Positions 35,434 to 46,497 of a DNA stretch of 64,000 nucleotides are shown here, piece after piece (position 1 is the stretch's first letter; the number at the start of each line of letters is the position of its first letter). The stretch is taken from positions 3,169-67,168 of the forward strand of contig JAGAQV010000017.1 in the NCBI GenBank assembly GCA_017622555.1, read 5' to 3'. The notes beneath the pieces are model-generated. The model ran no database searches, was not told the origin of the DNA, and worked only from the letters and a program-made list of their open reading frames with translations. The stretch is from Clostridia bacterium (GTDB lineage: Bacteria > Bacillota > Clostridia > Oscillospirales > Acutalibacteraceae). Made by a program: the position numbers and the translations under genes.

Positions 35434-36174
35434 TCAAGTTGCGAGTTGTATATACTGTGCCGCAACGTAACCCACAATGCCACCGTATTGAACAAGATAC
35501 CACCCAGGTACCGTTGCAAAAACCGTAACCTCAGCCCCGTTTGGTATTCGACCAACTATAAACGCATCGGTTGAAGGGCGGGTGCGCACGTTTAAGTGAC
35601 CTCCGTTTGTACGTACACTACCGACCTGTATGGGCTGCGGATAATTAAACGGTATACCAAAGTATTCGGTTAAGGACTGCGTAAGCGTTCTTGCAATTAA
35701 ATCAATATTATTTCGCACCCAGTCGGCATCCTGTGCATTATCGTGGTAACCGATTTCAATTAAAACACCGGGTGCTCTAACACGGGCAACCTCACCAAGT
35801 GAGGTGGTGGGTATTGCTCGCACGTTATCGGGCAAGGGGTAAACAGTTTTAAAATTTTGAACCAAAATATCGGCAAAGCGCTTACCCGCTGTGCTTGTGG
35901 GGTAATAATAAACCTCTATTCCCCGCCTTTCACCGTTACCCGAAGCGGTGGCATTTGAATGAAGCGCCAGATGCAAATCAAACACCCCGCTGTTTGATGC
36001 CGCAATTGAGGTGGCGGCGGTCATTTCGGGTGTGTTTCTTACAAACTGGATACCGCTGGCGGCCAAATAGGGTTCCATAGCGTCGGCAATAAGGTTCATA
36101 TAATATTCCTCGTTACCGCCGTTTACATAAGGGTTAAATTCCTGTGTTGAGGGGCTTAAATAAATTGTTGGCAT
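35434..36174 (-). CDS. N-acetylmuramoyl-L-alanine amidase (Amidase_3) with C-terminal SH3b domain
   Basis: LHLALHSN, GIEVYY and IEIGYHDN motifs. SH3b-like tail (GHLNVRTRPS...GWYLVQYGGIVGYV). Confidence 0.8.
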   Translation of the reverse strand: MPTIYLSPSTQEFNPYVNGGNEEYYMNLIADAMEPYLAASGIQFVRNTPEMTAATSIAASNSGVFDLHLALHSNATASGNGERRGIEVYYYPTSTAGKRFADILVQNFKTVYPLPDNVRAIPTTSLGEVARVRAPGVLIEIGYHDNAQDADWVRNNIDLIARTLTQSLTEYFGIPFNYPQPIQVGSVRTNGGHLNVRTRPSTDAFIVGRIPNGAEVTVFATVPGWYLVQYGGIVGYVAAQYIQLAT

Positions 36175-36225
36175 AATAAAAACATCCTTTCATTTCAAGT
36201 TATGAAACAAAAGGATGTTATATGT

Positions 36226-36762
36226 TTAAATATTAAGACCTTCGGCCGACTTTTTAACCACCGATAAAAACCAGCAGTAAAGTGCTTCGCCAAGCTCCTG
36301 ATAAATGGGGTCGCCGTCGTGCGAGCAAAGCATTGCAAAGGTTTGACCCATTCGTCTTTCAAGGTCAAAGCCACGGCGGAACACTAGATAATAAAAGGAA
36401 AATGCGCCCGTATCGGTAGAGGTTTTATAAAGTGACTCGTCCTTTTGCTTTAAGGTGTCCAAAAAGCTTTTTTGGGCAATACCCGTAACCGTGTCGTCAG
36501 GTGCATATTCCTCAAAGCCGACAGTAGCGGTAAAGGAAATTAGAAGTCGGCGCTGAATTAAAATATCGTTTCCGATTTCCTCCGATAAGGGATTTTCATT
36601 CGCATCAGCAATAAATTCAAGCGCAACGTCCCTACCCCACTGTTCAGCCTTTTCTTGAATTTCGGCAGAAACCTTTTGACTGTCAGCAGAGCTATTAAGA
36701 TTTTTCTTAACATCAATTGACGGCTTGTCGCCTACGATTTTAATGTCTTCATCCAAAAACAA
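36226..36762 (-). CDS. Hypothetical soluble protein (178 aa)
   Basis: ORF with TTG start and AAAGGAA RBS. No TM helices or recognisable motifs. Confidence 0.45.
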   Translation of the reverse strand: MFLDEDIKIVGDKPSIDVKKNLNSSADSQKVSAEIQEKAEQWGRDVALEFIADANENPLSEEIGNDILIQRRLLISFTATVGFEEYAPDDTVTGIAQKSFLDTLKQKDESLYKTSTDTGAFSFYYLVFRRGFDLERRMGQTFAMLCSHDGDPIYQELGEALYCWFLSVVKKSAEGLNI

Positions 36763-36775
36763 TTAAATCATTCCT

Positions 36776-37018
36776 TTATTCCAAACTCTTTAGGGCTTGT
36801 GCCAATTGGTCGGGGCAAGAGGTGCCCTTAAAGCCACATTTAGTACCTTCCAAGCGGCTAATGACATCCTCAACCTTCATACCCTCAACAAGCGCCGAAA
36901 TACCTTTAGTGTTACCGTTACAGCCACCTTCAAAACGAAGGTTATATACCCTACCGTCTTCGATATCGGCAGTGATTGTCCTAGAACAAACCCCATTAGT
37001 TTTATATGAAAGTTTCAT
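36776..37018 (-). CDS. TSCPD-domain small protein (TIGR03905-like)
   Basis: 80 aa. The GVCSR...FEGGCNGNTKGISALVEGM...GTKCG.KGTSCPDQLA Cys pattern is typical of this family. Confidence 0.75.
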   Translation of the reverse strand: MKLSYKTNGVCSRTITADIEDGRVYNLRFEGGCNGNTKGISALVEGMKVEDVISRLEGTKCGFKGTSCPDQLAQALKSLE

Positions 37019-37030
37019 TTTAAATATTCC

Positions 37031-38086
37031 TTATCTGTCCTTAAATTTGTTGCTTCTTACAGGGTGACGAAGCTTTCTTAAAGCCTTGGCTTCAATTTGA
37101 CGAATACGCTCACGGGTAACGTTAAATTCAGAGCCAACCTCTTCAAGAGTATGGCATCTGCCATCCATAAGACCAAAGCGCAAACGAATAACTGCTTCTT
37201 CACGGGGTGTAAGAGTTTTTAAAACTCCGTCAATATCCTCATTTGTAATGGTTTTTAAAGCGGCTTCGTCGGGGGCTAAGGCATCCTCGTCACGAATAAA
37301 GTCCATAAGGCGAGAATCTTCCTCAGGTCCGATAGGTGTTTCCATAGAAACGGGCTCCTGTGCAACACGCATAATTTCACGAACACGCTCAACAGGTAAA
37401 TCCATCTTTTCAGCAATAAGCTCTTCACTGGGCTCCGAGCCGTTTTCATGCAAAAGCTGGCTTTGAATTTTCTTTAAGCGGTTAATGGTTTCAACCATGT
37501 GAACAGGAATACGAATAGTTCTTGCCTGATCTGCAATTGCACGGGTAATAGCTTGTCTTATCCACCAAGTAGCATAGGTTGAAAACTTAAAGCCTTTAGT
37601 GTGGTCAAACTTGTCAACAGCCTTAATAAGACCAACGTTGCCTTCCTGAATTAAGTCAAGGAAGTACATACCACGGCCAACGTATTTTTTAGCAATACTA
37701 ACAACAAGACGAAGGTTTGCTTCGGTAAGGCGTTGCTTTGCATATTCACTGCCCTCGCTTATTTTAACCGCAAGCTCAATTTCCTCGTCAGATGATAAAA
37801 GCGGAACACGGCCAATTTCACGAAGATAAACTTTAACGGGGTCATCAAGTGACATATTTTCAAAATTACCGTCATCCTCGGTAATAGCATCAACGTCCAC
37901 ATCAACCTCTTTAAGCTCGTCCTCGGTAGGCTCCTCGTCAAAGTCAAGCTCTAAAACAGTGGGCTCGGAAAAAAGCTCCTCCAAATCCTCAGGGGCGTTC
38001 TCAATATCGTGTATGCTTTCTTCTTTTTCTTCTACTTCTTCTATATTGGTGTCTAAGATTTTTTCTTCCTTTTTAGTGTTAGCCAT
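37031..38086 (-). CDS. sigA: RNA polymerase primary sigma factor (sigma-70/SigA)
   Basis: Acidic N-terminus, region 2 ([14 protein letters not shown]), region 4 ([20 protein letters not shown]). Downstream of dnaG. Confidence 0.95.
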   Translation of the reverse strand: MANTKKEEKILDTNIEEVEEKEESIHDIENAPEDLEELFSEPTVLELDFDEEPTEDELKEVDVDVDAITEDDGNFENMSLDDPVKVYLREIGRVPLLSSDEEIELAVKISEGSEYAKQRLTEANLRLVVSIAKKYVGRGMYFLDLIQEGNVGLIKAVDKFDHTKGFKFSTYATWWIRQAITRAIADQARTIRIPVHMVETINRLKKIQSQLLHENGSEPSEELIAEKMDLPVERVREIMRVAQEPVSMETPIGPEEDSRLMDFIRDEDALAPDEAALKTITNEDIDGVLKTLTPREEAVIRLRFGLMDGRCHTLEEVGSEFNVTRERIRQIEAKALRKLRHPVRSNKFKDR

Positions 38087-38103
38087 AATTTTCAAGCTCT
38101 CCT

Positions 38104-39867
38104 TTATTTTTTCTTGTCAATAATACTTTGAAGCTGTGCCGCCCAGTCTTCATTTGAAGCTTCAGCGGGATTTTGGCGGCTGAGCCGTTCGTTTTCTTCT
38201 AATATTACCTTAATACAGTCATTTAATACAGTTTTCGGCACATTTCCGCCCTTGTCGGCATTTTGCAGCGTTACAAGATAGCCAACCTCAGCCGGTAAAA
38301 GCTTTTGCGCAAAAACCGAAATATCAAGCATTCCCCCACCGTTCAAGGTTTCACAAATAAGTTCGTAAATACGACGGTTAAGCCCCGTTACCATTTTATC
38401 GGGTGTTAATTTTTCACTTACAATGTCATAAAAATCGGGGTGCTGAAGTAAAAGTGAAATTACCGTTTCTTCAGCGGCCGTACCCTTTGGCGAATTGCGC
38501 TTTTCGGGGTTTAAATCATCCTTGGAAAACTTAGGGTGAATAACAGCATTTATTTCAGCTTTTTTAACCTCACGAATATTCTTTTTACGGAGCTCGTCCA
38601 CCTTAGCGGTAAGTGCCGTGCGTGAAACACCGTACTTTTCACAAAGCCTGCCTATATAAATATCGCGTGCCATAACGTCATCAGTTGTGGCAATAATTTC
38701 GGCGGCAATGTTTAAATATTTAAGCCTACCGTCTTCATTTGTTAAATCAAGTCCCTTAGCCGCCATAAGCAGCTTATAGTCCATATTGCTAACGGCACCT
38801 TCAAGTAGTGCTTTAAAGCGTTCGGGACCTTGAGTTTTAATAAATTCATCAGGGTCCTTACCGTTGGGAATTGAAACAACCCGAACTGTAAGCCCTGTGT
38901 TTCGTAAAATTTCTTCCGCGCGTTTTATTGCCTTTTGACCTGCGGCGTCAGCATCAAGCATTAACACAATTTCCTTTGTGTAGCGTGCAATTAAATTTGC
39001 CTGCTCGCTTGTAAAGGCTGTGCCCAAAGGCGCAACAACGTTTTCAAAGCCCGCTTGATGAAGCGAAATAACGTCCATATTACCTTCAACCAAAATTATT
39101 TGCTCACTGCAAAAGTTTTTGGCAAAGTTTATACCAAAAAGGTTTTCACTTTTTTTATAAACGGGTGTGTCGGACGTGTTAACGTACTTGCCGCCTTGCT
39201 TATCGTCCCCCGGCATAGCTCGTCCGCTAAAGCCGACAATATTGCCCCTAATATTAATAATTGGAAACATTGCGCGTTTTCTGAAGCGGTCATAATAGCT
39301 GCCACCTTGGCTTACACCTACAACGTTTGCGGTAACCATATCGCTTATTGAAAAGCCCTTACCTTTTAAATGATTAATGAGAGCATCCCAACTGTCAGGT
39401 GCGGCGCCAAGACCGAAATGCTTAATGGTTTTTAAGGATAAACCGCGGCTTTGGTAATAATCAAGCGCCCATTTACCCGCATCGCTCATTAAATAACTGT
39501 GGAAGAATTTTGCGCTTTCACGGTTAATGTCATAAACCGTGTTTTTCACCTTTTGAAAGGTATTATCATACCCATCCTGTGGTAATTGAATATTACTGCG
39601 TTCAGCCAACAGCTTAATGGATTCAATATAATCAAGATTTTCAATTAAACCCGTAAAGGTAATAACATCGCCACCGACACCGCAGCCAAAGCAGTAAAAC
39701 GAGCCGTTTTCGGGGTAAACGGTAAAAGACGGAGTTTTTTCACTGTGGAACGGGCAAAGACCCACAAGATTTTTACCCCTGCGCTTTAAAACGGAATATT
39801 GCGAAATAACCTGCTCGATATCATTTTTATACTTTATTTCGCTTATAACCTCTTCAGGTATTGCCAT
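38104..39867 (-). CDS. dnaG: DNA primase
   Basis: Zinc ribbon ([11 protein letters not shown]...CFGCG), TOPRIM domain ([14 protein letters not shown]). Confidence 0.95.
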   Translation of the reverse strand: MAIPEEVISEIKYKNDIEQVISQYSVLKRRGKNLVGLCPFHSEKTPSFTVYPENGSFYCFGCGVGGDVITFTGLIENLDYIESIKLLAERSNIQLPQDGYDNTFQKVKNTVYDINRESAKFFHSYLMSDAGKWALDYYQSRGLSLKTIKHFGLGAAPDSWDALINHLKGKGFSISDMVTANVVGVSQGGSYYDRFRKRAMFPIINIRGNIVGFSGRAMPGDDKQGGKYVNTSDTPVYKKSENLFGINFAKNFCSEQIILVEGNMDVISLHQAGFENVVAPLGTAFTSEQANLIARYTKEIVLMLDADAAGQKAIKRAEEILRNTGLTVRVVSIPNGKDPDEFIKTQGPERFKALLEGAVSNMDYKLLMAAKGLDLTNEDGRLKYLNIAAEIIATTDDVMARDIYIGRLCEKYGVSRTALTAKVDELRKKNIREVKKAEINAVIHPKFSKDDLNPEKRNSPKGTAAEETVISLLLQHPDFYDIVSEKLTPDKMVTGLNRRIYELICETLNGGGMLDISVFAQKLLPAEVGYLVTLQNADKGGNVPKTVLNDCIKVILEENERLSRQNPAEASNEDWAAQLQSIIDKKK

Positions 39868-39898
39868 AAAAACGCCGCCCTTTCACAAAAAATTATAA

Positions 39899-40897
39899 TT
39901 AAATAGACCAGCCCTTAGGAATGAAAATATTTGAATAAACCGTAACAGCGTAATGGTCGGTCATACCTGCAATATAATCACATATTGCACGGTCGATACC
40001 GTCGGTTTTTAAAATAGCCTGGTATTCGTCACCCATTTTTTCGGGATGAGCCTTAAAGTATTCGTAAATGCCGTCAACTATACCTAAAACCTTGCCTTCC
40101 TCTGCTTTAGCAATAGGGTTATGGTAAACACGGGCGTACAAAAATTCGTGCAGCTCATTATAGTAATCAAAAATATCGTCATCCATAACAATATCATTAC
40201 TGCCGTTTTTAACAATTGAATTTAAAAGTGTTGTTATTCTTTGGGTTTTGGTGTGTCCCAAAGCGTCGCGAATTTCCTTAAGAATATCATCATTTGAAAT
40301 TACGCCTGCTCGAATTGCATCATCAATATCGTGATTTATGTAAGCAATACGGTCAGCAAAGCGTACAAGCTTACCCTCAAGCGTATGCGCCCATTCGCCA
40401 CGGGTGTGATGCTTAATACCGTCTAAAACTTCAAAGGTTAGATTAAGACCTCGGCCATCCTTTTCAAGATGCTCGCACACACGAACGCTTTGGTCAAAGT
40501 GGGTAAAATCAAACGGCATTAAATCGTTAAGTGCCCTTTCCCCCGCATGACCGAACGGAGTATGTCCCAAATCGTGACCGAGTGCAATTGCTTCGGTCAA
40601 ATCTTCATTAAGTCTTAAGGCACGGGCAACCGTACGGGCAATTTGCGAAACCTCTAACGTGTGGGTTAAACGGGTACGATAATGGTCGGATTCAGGTGCT
40701 AAAAAAACCTGAGTTTTGTGCTTTAAGCGGCGAAACGCTTTTGAATGGATAATTCTGTCCCTGTCACGCTGAAAATCAGTACGAAGTGTGCACTTTTCCT
40801 CTTCACGCTTTCTCCCCTTTGTATTAACGCTTAAAGTAGCATTTTCACAAAGTAAAATTTTCTCATTATTTTCAGTTATAATTCTTGCACATTCCAC
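39899..40897 (-). CDS. dgt: dGTP triphosphohydrolase-like HD-domain protein
   Basis: RTRLTHTLEVSQIAR and HDLGHTPFGH motifs. GTG start with AGGAGG RBS. Confidence 0.85.
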   Translation of the reverse strand: MECARIITENNEKILLCENATLSVNTKGRKREEEKCTLRTDFQRDRDRIIHSKAFRRLKHKTQVFLAPESDHYRTRLTHTLEVSQIARTVARALRLNEDLTEAIALGHDLGHTPFGHAGERALNDLMPFDFTHFDQSVRVCEHLEKDGRGLNLTFEVLDGIKHHTRGEWAHTLEGKLVRFADRIAYINHDIDDAIRAGVISNDDILKEIRDALGHTKTQRITTLLNSIVKNGSNDIVMDDDIFDYYNELHEFLYARVYHNPIAKAEEGKVLGIVDGIYEYFKAHPEKMGDEYQAILKTDGIDRAICDYIAGMTDHYAVTVYSNIFIPKGWSI

Positions 40898-40946
40898 ATT
40901 ATTCGCCTCCTATGTAATAATATTAGCAAAAAAATTTCGAATTCCT

Positions 40947-41573
40947 TTATTTTTTTAAAAAAGGAAGCAAAATTTTATCTTTTTCTTCCATTTCAAGCCT
41001 TGCGCAAAAGCTTTCACGAAGCTTTTCTTTAAAGCTAACATAAAATTCTTCCTTCAAAACAAAGGTAATTGTAATTTTGTCGGTATATCGGGTGTCCTCA
41101 ATTTCGCCCTCACTCGCCGCAATTAAGTTTTGAAGCAAAGTAAGGTCGGAATATTCACAAATAATTTCACCCCTTATACCCTGGAGCATTATATAAACTT
41201 CGGCTGAGGACAAAACGTCCTGCGTGGCTTTTGAATAAGCCCTTACAAGACCGCCCGTGCCAAGCAAAATGCCGCCAAAATAACGGGTAACTACAACTGC
41301 TATATTTGTAATACCGCTTCCTTGAATACAGTCAAGCATGGGCTTACCCGCCGTGCCGTGAGGCTCGCCATCATCTGAAAAACGGCACATACGCCCACCA
41401 TCTACCGAATAGGCGTAAACGTTGTGACGAGCATCCCAGTACTTTGACTTCATTTCCTTAACAAAGGCGTTTGCCTCATCCTCAGTTTCACAATGACAAA
41501 GAGTTGCAATAAAGCGAGAGCGCTTTTCAACATATTCAGCTTCATTTCGTTTAAATACGGTTTGATAACCCAT
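40947..41573 (-). CDS. yigZ: YigZ/IMPACT family protein (UPF0029)
   Basis: KRSRFIA, HNVYAY and GEPHGTAGKPML motifs. Confidence 0.8.
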   Translation of the reverse strand: MGYQTVFKRNEAEYVEKRSRFIATLCHCETEDEANAFVKEMKSKYWDARHNVYAYSVDGGRMCRFSDDGEPHGTAGKPMLDCIQGSGITNIAVVVTRYFGGILLGTGGLVRAYSKATQDVLSSAEVYIMLQGIRGEIICEYSDLTLLQNLIAASEGEIEDTRYTDKITITFVLKEEFYVSFKEKLRESFCARLEMEEKDKILLPFLKK

Positions 41574-41648
41574 ACCACACCACCTTTTATATGGATATAA
41601 AGAAAAATCCGCAGCCGCCTTACCGGCAGTTGCGGAAATAAAGGTAAA

Positions 41649-41852
41649 TTATTTATTGATATTGAAACGCTTGTTAAATCTATCAACGCGTCCGCCGGTA
41701 TCTACCAATTTTTGCTTACCGGTAAAAAACGGATGACATTTAGAGCAAATATCCAAACGGATATCTTTTTTAGTAGAACGAGTTTCAAACTCAGCACCAC
41801 AAGCGCATTTAACTGTTACCTTTTCATACTCAGGATGAATTCCTTGTTTCAT
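41649..41852 (-). CDS. rpmE: 50S ribosomal protein L31 (Zn-ribbon type A)
   Basis: MKQGIHPEY start, CxC...[18 protein letters not shown]. The ORF-track start at 41915 is an extension. Confidence 0.93.
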   Translation of the reverse strand: MKQGIHPEYEKVTVKCACGAEFETRSTKKDIRLDICSKCHPFFTGKQKLVDTGGRVDRFNKRFNINK

Positions 41853-41922
41853 CTTGGTCACTCCCTTCCATAACGATAGCCAAATTATAATAGCACAAAA
41901 TAATTCAAAATGCAAGTATTTT

Positions 41923-42522
41923 TTATCGATTTATATATTTTTTTATTTTCTCATAAATTTCAACGGCCTTAAAGCGCATTACATAACGTTTTTCGTTCTT
42001 TGCAATTTGGACAGATTCCTCACAAACCGTGTCAGAAAGCTCACCCTTTGCCGCCGCAGGAATACAAACTGTTGGATAAACCACACACCACCAATTTTTA
42101 CCCTCACCCTTACCTAAAGTGATTATAAGTGACTGATAATCCCCTGCAGGCAACGTGAAATCATCATAATAACGGGTAGAAAATTCACTAATACCAAGAC
42201 TTGCTTTAGCTTTATATTCGAAGCCGTTTTCCTCTATGACGTTGTTTGCAATTTGTTCAAATAAAGAAAGATTTTCAAAAACTGTATTTTGAGCCGTTTC
42301 CAAATCACAGGAATTTAAAAACATCCCGTCGGTTTTTAAAAGTATTTCATCCCTTATTTTAAGTTTTAATTGTTGGTCAGCCTCACTATCGGAATTGGCG
42401 ATTATATGTAACCGCAAAACGTTTTGTCGCAAATCGTCACAAGCGGCCGAAAAGTGCGACATTGAAAGCAAAACTGCACAAACAAGTCCAAAACAAAGGG
42501 AAAAATGTATTCTTTTTTTCAT
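41923..42522 (-). CDS. spoIIR: Stage II sporulation protein R
   Basis: Signal/TM N-terminus, [11 protein letters not shown] and [12 protein letters not shown] motifs. Confidence 0.88.
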   Translation of the reverse strand: MKKRIHFSLCFGLVCAVLLSMSHFSAACDDLRQNVLRLHIIANSDSEADQQLKLKIRDEILLKTDGMFLNSCDLETAQNTVFENLSLFEQIANNVIEENGFEYKAKASLGISEFSTRYYDDFTLPAGDYQSLIITLGKGEGKNWWCVVYPTVCIPAAAKGELSDTVCEESVQIAKNEKRYVMRFKAVEIYEKIKKYINR

Positions 42523-42578
42523 AAACTAAAACTCCTTGTCAATTCAGTTAATCTGAATATTGACAAAAGCTTTAGTTT

Positions 42579-43412
42579 TTATTCAAATTCAATTGCCAAA
42601 TTGGTTGGGTGGCACAGCCAACAGGGAATTTTCTGCTTAATTAAGGCATTTTTAGCGACTTTAGCCTTGTCGGAATTATCATATAACGCAAACCAAGTAG
42701 GTCCGCTTCCTGTTAATGCAACCGCTACTGCATCAGTTTTTAAAAGCGCCTCTTTTACCTTGCTTTGCGGCCACACCGTTTCAAAAGCATTGTAAAGCTT
42801 TTGTGAAAGCGCCAAAAGGTCATTGTCTTCAATAGCCGAAAGCACAGCGCTTGTATCGGCAAGGGTGGTATCCTGACTGTCAAGTCGGCGGTACATTTCC
42901 GCAGTAGATGGCTTTAAATCTGCCTTAGCAAGCAAAATACAGCCTTTTTTAAGGGGTACGGCAGGGGTTAAAATTTCGCCAATACCCTCGCTTCGCATAC
43001 AGCCACCCTTTATAAAAAACGGAACATCGGCGCCTAATTTTACCGCCAAGCCGCAAAGTGACTCATAGCTTAAATTAGTATCATAAAGCTTATTAAGTCC
43101 CAAAAGAACTGCCGCAGCGTCGGCACTGCCGCCACCAAGCCCTGCAGAGAGGGGAATTTGCTTTTCAATTTTAATTTCACAGCCGCCAATTATATCCGTA
43201 GCTTCAAAAAACAGCATTGCGGCCTTGTAGGCAATATTTTCTTCCTGAGGCAAATTGCCGCAAGCAACATTTATAACATCTGCTTTTTCAATATAAACAG
43301 TATCAAAAAGGCTTACCGAATGCATAACGGTATCAATTAAATGATAGCCGTCTTCCCTTTTGCCGCAAACCGACAAGGAAAAATTTATTTTTGCATTAGC
43401 CTTTAGCTTCAT
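42579..43412 (-). CDS. ispE: 4-(cytidine 5'-diphospho)-2-C-methyl-D-erythritol kinase
   Basis: AKINFSL, GYH and GHMP-kinase motif PLSAGLGGGSADAAA. Confidence 0.9.
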   Translation of the reverse strand: MKLKANAKINFSLSVCGKREDGYHLIDTVMHSVSLFDTVYIEKADVINVACGNLPQEENIAYKAAMLFFEATDIIGGCEIKIEKQIPLSAGLGGGSADAAAVLLGLNKLYDTNLSYESLCGLAVKLGADVPFFIKGGCMRSEGIGEILTPAVPLKKGCILLAKADLKPSTAEMYRRLDSQDTTLADTSAVLSAIEDNDLLALSQKLYNAFETVWPQSKVKEALLKTDAVAVALTGSGPTWFALYDNSDKAKVAKNALIKQKIPCWLCHPTNLAIEFE

Positions 43413-44298
43413 TTTTCTTACACCTCAAATTTAAAACTAAAACCGACATAAGCACCAAAGCAATGCCTAAAAAATGCCATATTTCAAAAGCTTCGTGATA
43501 AACTAAAACGCTCACCAATGTTGCTACTACAGGCTCGATTGTAGCAATTATAGGCGCAACCGAGGTTGACACACCCATAAGTCCCGCCGTATAAAGCAAA
43601 TACGGTATAACCGTATTGGTAACAGCCATTAAAAACAGTATTGCAAGCGACATAGGCTCAGCCACAACCGACGAAACGGTTTTGAATATATTTACAAGCG
43701 GCAACGAACCTATTGCCGCAAACAAAAATGTATAAAAGGTAATTGTTAAACTGCCATAGCCCTTGTTTATAAGTATTTGGCTGAAAATTGTGTAAAGTGA
43801 ATAGCCAAAGCCTGTTAAAAGGCCAAAACAAAGCGCAGTTGGCGTTAAGCGGTGATTTTGCGAAAACGCACCCGAAACAAAGCAACAGCCCAAAAATGCA
43901 ATAACAAGCGCAAAAATTTTATTAAAGGTAATTTTTTCACGAAACAGCAAAACGGAAATAACACAAACAAAAATCGGCGCTGTGTATAAAAGCACTGCCG
44001 CTACCGAAAGTGACGTAAGCGACATGGTTTTATAATAACTGAAATTAAACAGCACAATGCTAAAAACACCTGCCGAAGCAAAAAGCCATAAATCCTTTAA
44101 TTTAACCTTAAAAAGACTTTTGTTTTTTAAAAGAATAATTATGCCCAAAACCAAAGAAGAAAAAATTGCTCTAAAGAAAACAATTTGCATTTCCTTAATT
44201 CCGAAATTGCCGACGGCTTTTACAAAAATGCCTGCCGCACCCCAAAGCGCTGCAGCAATTAAAACAAGTAAAAAATGTATGTTAATTTTACCTTTCAA
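43396..44298 (-). CDS. DMT-superfamily (EamA) transporter
   Basis: Ten TM helices in two EamA-like repeats. Confidence 0.75.
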   Translation of the reverse strand: MKGKINIHFLLVLIAAALWGAAGIFVKAVGNFGIKEMQIVFFRAIFSSLVLGIIILLKNKSLFKVKLKDLWLFASAGVFSIVLFNFSYYKTMSLTSLSVAAVLLYTAPIFVCVISVLLFREKITFNKIFALVIAFLGCCFVSGAFSQNHRLTPTALCFGLLTGFGYSLYTIFSQILINKGYGSLTITFYTFLFAAIGSLPLVNIFKTVSSVVAEPMSLAILFLMAVTNTVIPYLLYTAGLMGVSTSVAPIIATIEPVVATLVSVLVYHEAFEIWHFLGIALVLMSVLVLNLRCKKNEAKG

Positions 44299-44381
44299 GC
44301 TATATCACCCACAAAATAAAAGGCGTAATTCAAAAGAATTACACCTTTATTTTAGCCATATAATATTACTATGTCAAGAAG

Positions 44382-45356
44382 TTAGTTTGTAACCGCGTGA
44401 TGATAACCGTAGACGGTTTCATCCAGTGCTTCAAAGCGATATCCCATCGCCTTCAAGCCCTTAAGAATTTCGGGCAAGGCTTCAACCGTGGCTTTTTTAT
44501 TGCCAAGGTCATGCATTAAAACGCAAATTGAGTTTTTCTTTGCGGCCTGTGTTAAAACATTGTTGGTAATTATATCAGCCGTTACGTTATTATTTTCGGC
44601 ATCACCCGAATCAACGTTCCAGTCAAAATAAGCGTAGCCATTAATTTGTACCTGACTTGTAAGCCGTGTCATAATACCTTTGCTATACTTTTTGCTTGTG
44701 CCGTTACTGCTGCCGCCTGGGAAACGTATAACCTTTGAACGAACACCCGCAATGTCATACACCTTATCCGAAAGGGCATTTAAATCTTCAAAAAATGCAT
44801 CGGTGCTTTTATAAATCAAATCATACCTATGGGTGTTTGAATGAAGCCCGATTGTATGACCCTTTTCAGCTATTTTCGGCAAATACTCAAGCTTTGAGTT
44901 GGACCCTATTACAAAAAAGGTCGCCTTGGCTTCATATTCATCTAAAATATCAAGTATTTCAAGCGTTCTGTCAGAGGGACCGTCATCAAAGGTTAAATAA
45001 CAAACCTTGCTGTTTGGCGTTTCGGTTGATTGTGGTGAATTTTGTGAAGCTAAAACCTTTTCGGCAAGTATAAGCTTTTGAGGGTCCACACTTTCTAAAA
45101 GCTTTTGTTTGTCAGCAAGCTCTTTTTGTGAAGCCTCAAGCTTTTGCTTTAGGTCGGCGTTTTCAGTTTTAAGTGCTTCATTTTCAGCGTTAAGGGCATT
45201 TACGTCATCCACGTTAGCAGAGACCGATGCCACACGCTTTTGAAGTTTATAATTTTGCACGGCCAAACCCACCGCACAACCCGTAAGGCAAATAATTGCC
45301 ACTAAAATTAAAGCAACCATCACTTTAAAAACGGTTTTTTTATTAATTTTATTCAC
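44382..45356 (-). CDS. Membrane-anchored polysaccharide deacetylase (NodB homology domain) with coiled-coil linker
   Basis: YLTFDDGPS, LHSNTH and RFPGGS motifs. GTG 45356 is preferred because a TGgTATAAT promoter element lies inside the longer ORF-track version. Confidence 0.75.
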   Translation of the reverse strand: MNKINKKTVFKVMVALILVAIICLTGCAVGLAVQNYKLQKRVASVSANVDDVNALNAENEALKTENADLKQKLEASQKELADKQKLLESVDPQKLILAEKVLASQNSPQSTETPNSKVCYLTFDDGPSDRTLEILDILDEYEAKATFFVIGSNSKLEYLPKIAEKGHTIGLHSNTHRYDLIYKSTDAFFEDLNALSDKVYDIAGVRSKVIRFPGGSSNGTSKKYSKGIMTRLTSQVQINGYAYFDWNVDSGDAENNNVTADIITNNVLTQAAKKNSICVLMHDLGNKKATVEALPEILKGLKAMGYRFEALDETVYGYHHAVTN

Positions 45357-45454
45357 ATTCTCATTTCCTTTGTATTTACTAATAACATTATACCAAAGAC
45401 ACAGATACAATAATATTACAAATTATTACAAAATGCAACATAAAAATAAAAAAG

Positions 45455-45483
45455 TTGATAAAATAACAAACTGATGTTATAAT
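45455..45483 (+). promoter_or_regulatory. Sigma-A promoter for degV
   Basis: TTGATA, 17 nt, TGtTATAAT. Confidence 0.55.
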
Positions 45484-45513
45484 GGTTAAGTAAATTTATT
45501 TTGGAGGGTCATT

Positions 45514-46371
45514 ATGGCTGACATTATCATTACATGCGATTCTACCGCAGATTTACCGTTAGAGCTTCGCGAAAAATATAATATTGGTGTTATTCCTCTT
45601 GGTGTAACCTTGGGTGACACCACTTATCAGGACGGCGTTAACATCACCCCTGATGAAATTTATGCGCACCACTCAAAAACAGGTGAATTACCTAAAACCA
45701 CCGCCGCAAACGTAGGCGATTTTATAGACTTTTTTACCCCTTATGTAGAAGCAGGTAAAACTGTAATTCACTTCCCCATTTCTTCTGAAATGTCTTCAAC
45801 ATATAATAACGCTTTACTTGCATCTGCTGATTGGGACAACGTTCACATTATAGATTCTCGAAACCTTTCGACAGGCATTGGTCTATTGGTTGTAGCCGCT
45901 GCCGAGATGGCGCAAAACGGTATGGCGGCTAATGAAATTGTTGCAAAAGCCGAAGAGCTTGTTAAATGTTCTGATGCTTCTTTTGTAATTGACAACCTTG
46001 AATATCTCCACAAAGGTGGTAGATGCTCGGCTGTTGCAATGCTTGGCGCAAATCTTTTAAAATTAAAGCCCTGTATTGACGTTACAAACGGCAAAATGGA
46101 CGTTAGCAAAAAATACCGTGGCAAATACGGCGAAGTGTTAAAGCAGTACGTTTCGGAACGCCTTAGCGACCTTGATGCAATTGATAACAGCCGTATTTTT
46201 GTGACCCACGCCGGTTGCTCTGATGAAATTGTAAACGCTGTTGCAGATCAGGTTAAGGGCTACAACTTCTTCAAGGAAGTTATTGTATGCCGTGCAGGCT
46301 GTACTATTTCCTCACACTGCGGTGCTGACACACTTGGTATTTTATACATTCGCAAGTCACCTAAAGCGTAA
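45514..46371 (+). CDS. degV: DegV-family fatty-acid-binding protein
   Basis: The IIITCDSTADLP N-terminus and ~285 aa length are typical of DegV. Confidence 0.88.
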   Translation: MADIIITCDSTADLPLELREKYNIGVIPLGVTLGDTTYQDGVNITPDEIYAHHSKTGELPKTTAANVGDFIDFFTPYVEAGKTVIHFPISSEMSSTYNNALLASADWDNVHIIDSRNLSTGIGLLVVAAAEMAQNGMAANEIVAKAEELVKCSDASFVIDNLEYLHKGGRCSAVAMLGANLLKLKPCIDVTNGKMDVSKKYRGKYGEVLKQYVSERLSDLDAIDNSRIFVTHAGCSDEIVNAVADQVKGYNFFKEVIVCRAGCTISSHCGADTLGILYIRKSPKA

Positions 46372-46471
46372 TTTTGCATAGTATATTGCAGGGGACCGTA
46401 AGGGATATCCTGCATATCGGCGGCAAAAATATGTTTGCCTTTAAAATTACCGATTTTCCCCTTTATATAAA

Positions 46472-46497
46472 AGAAACCACCCAAACGGGTGGTTTCT
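46472..46497. terminator. Bidirectional intrinsic terminator (pflA / degV side)
   Basis: Stem agaaaccaccc/gggtggtttct, U-rich flanks on both strands. Confidence 0.75.

Noticed and set aside
46380-46440. Stem-loops after degV (tgcagg...cctgca with an inner ccGTAAgg; ggcaaa-aatatg-tttgcc), including a gcatatc sequence reminiscent of array 2.
   Set aside because: It is a single copy with weak stems. It is probably just a weak degV terminator region, and the evidence does not link it to the arrays.
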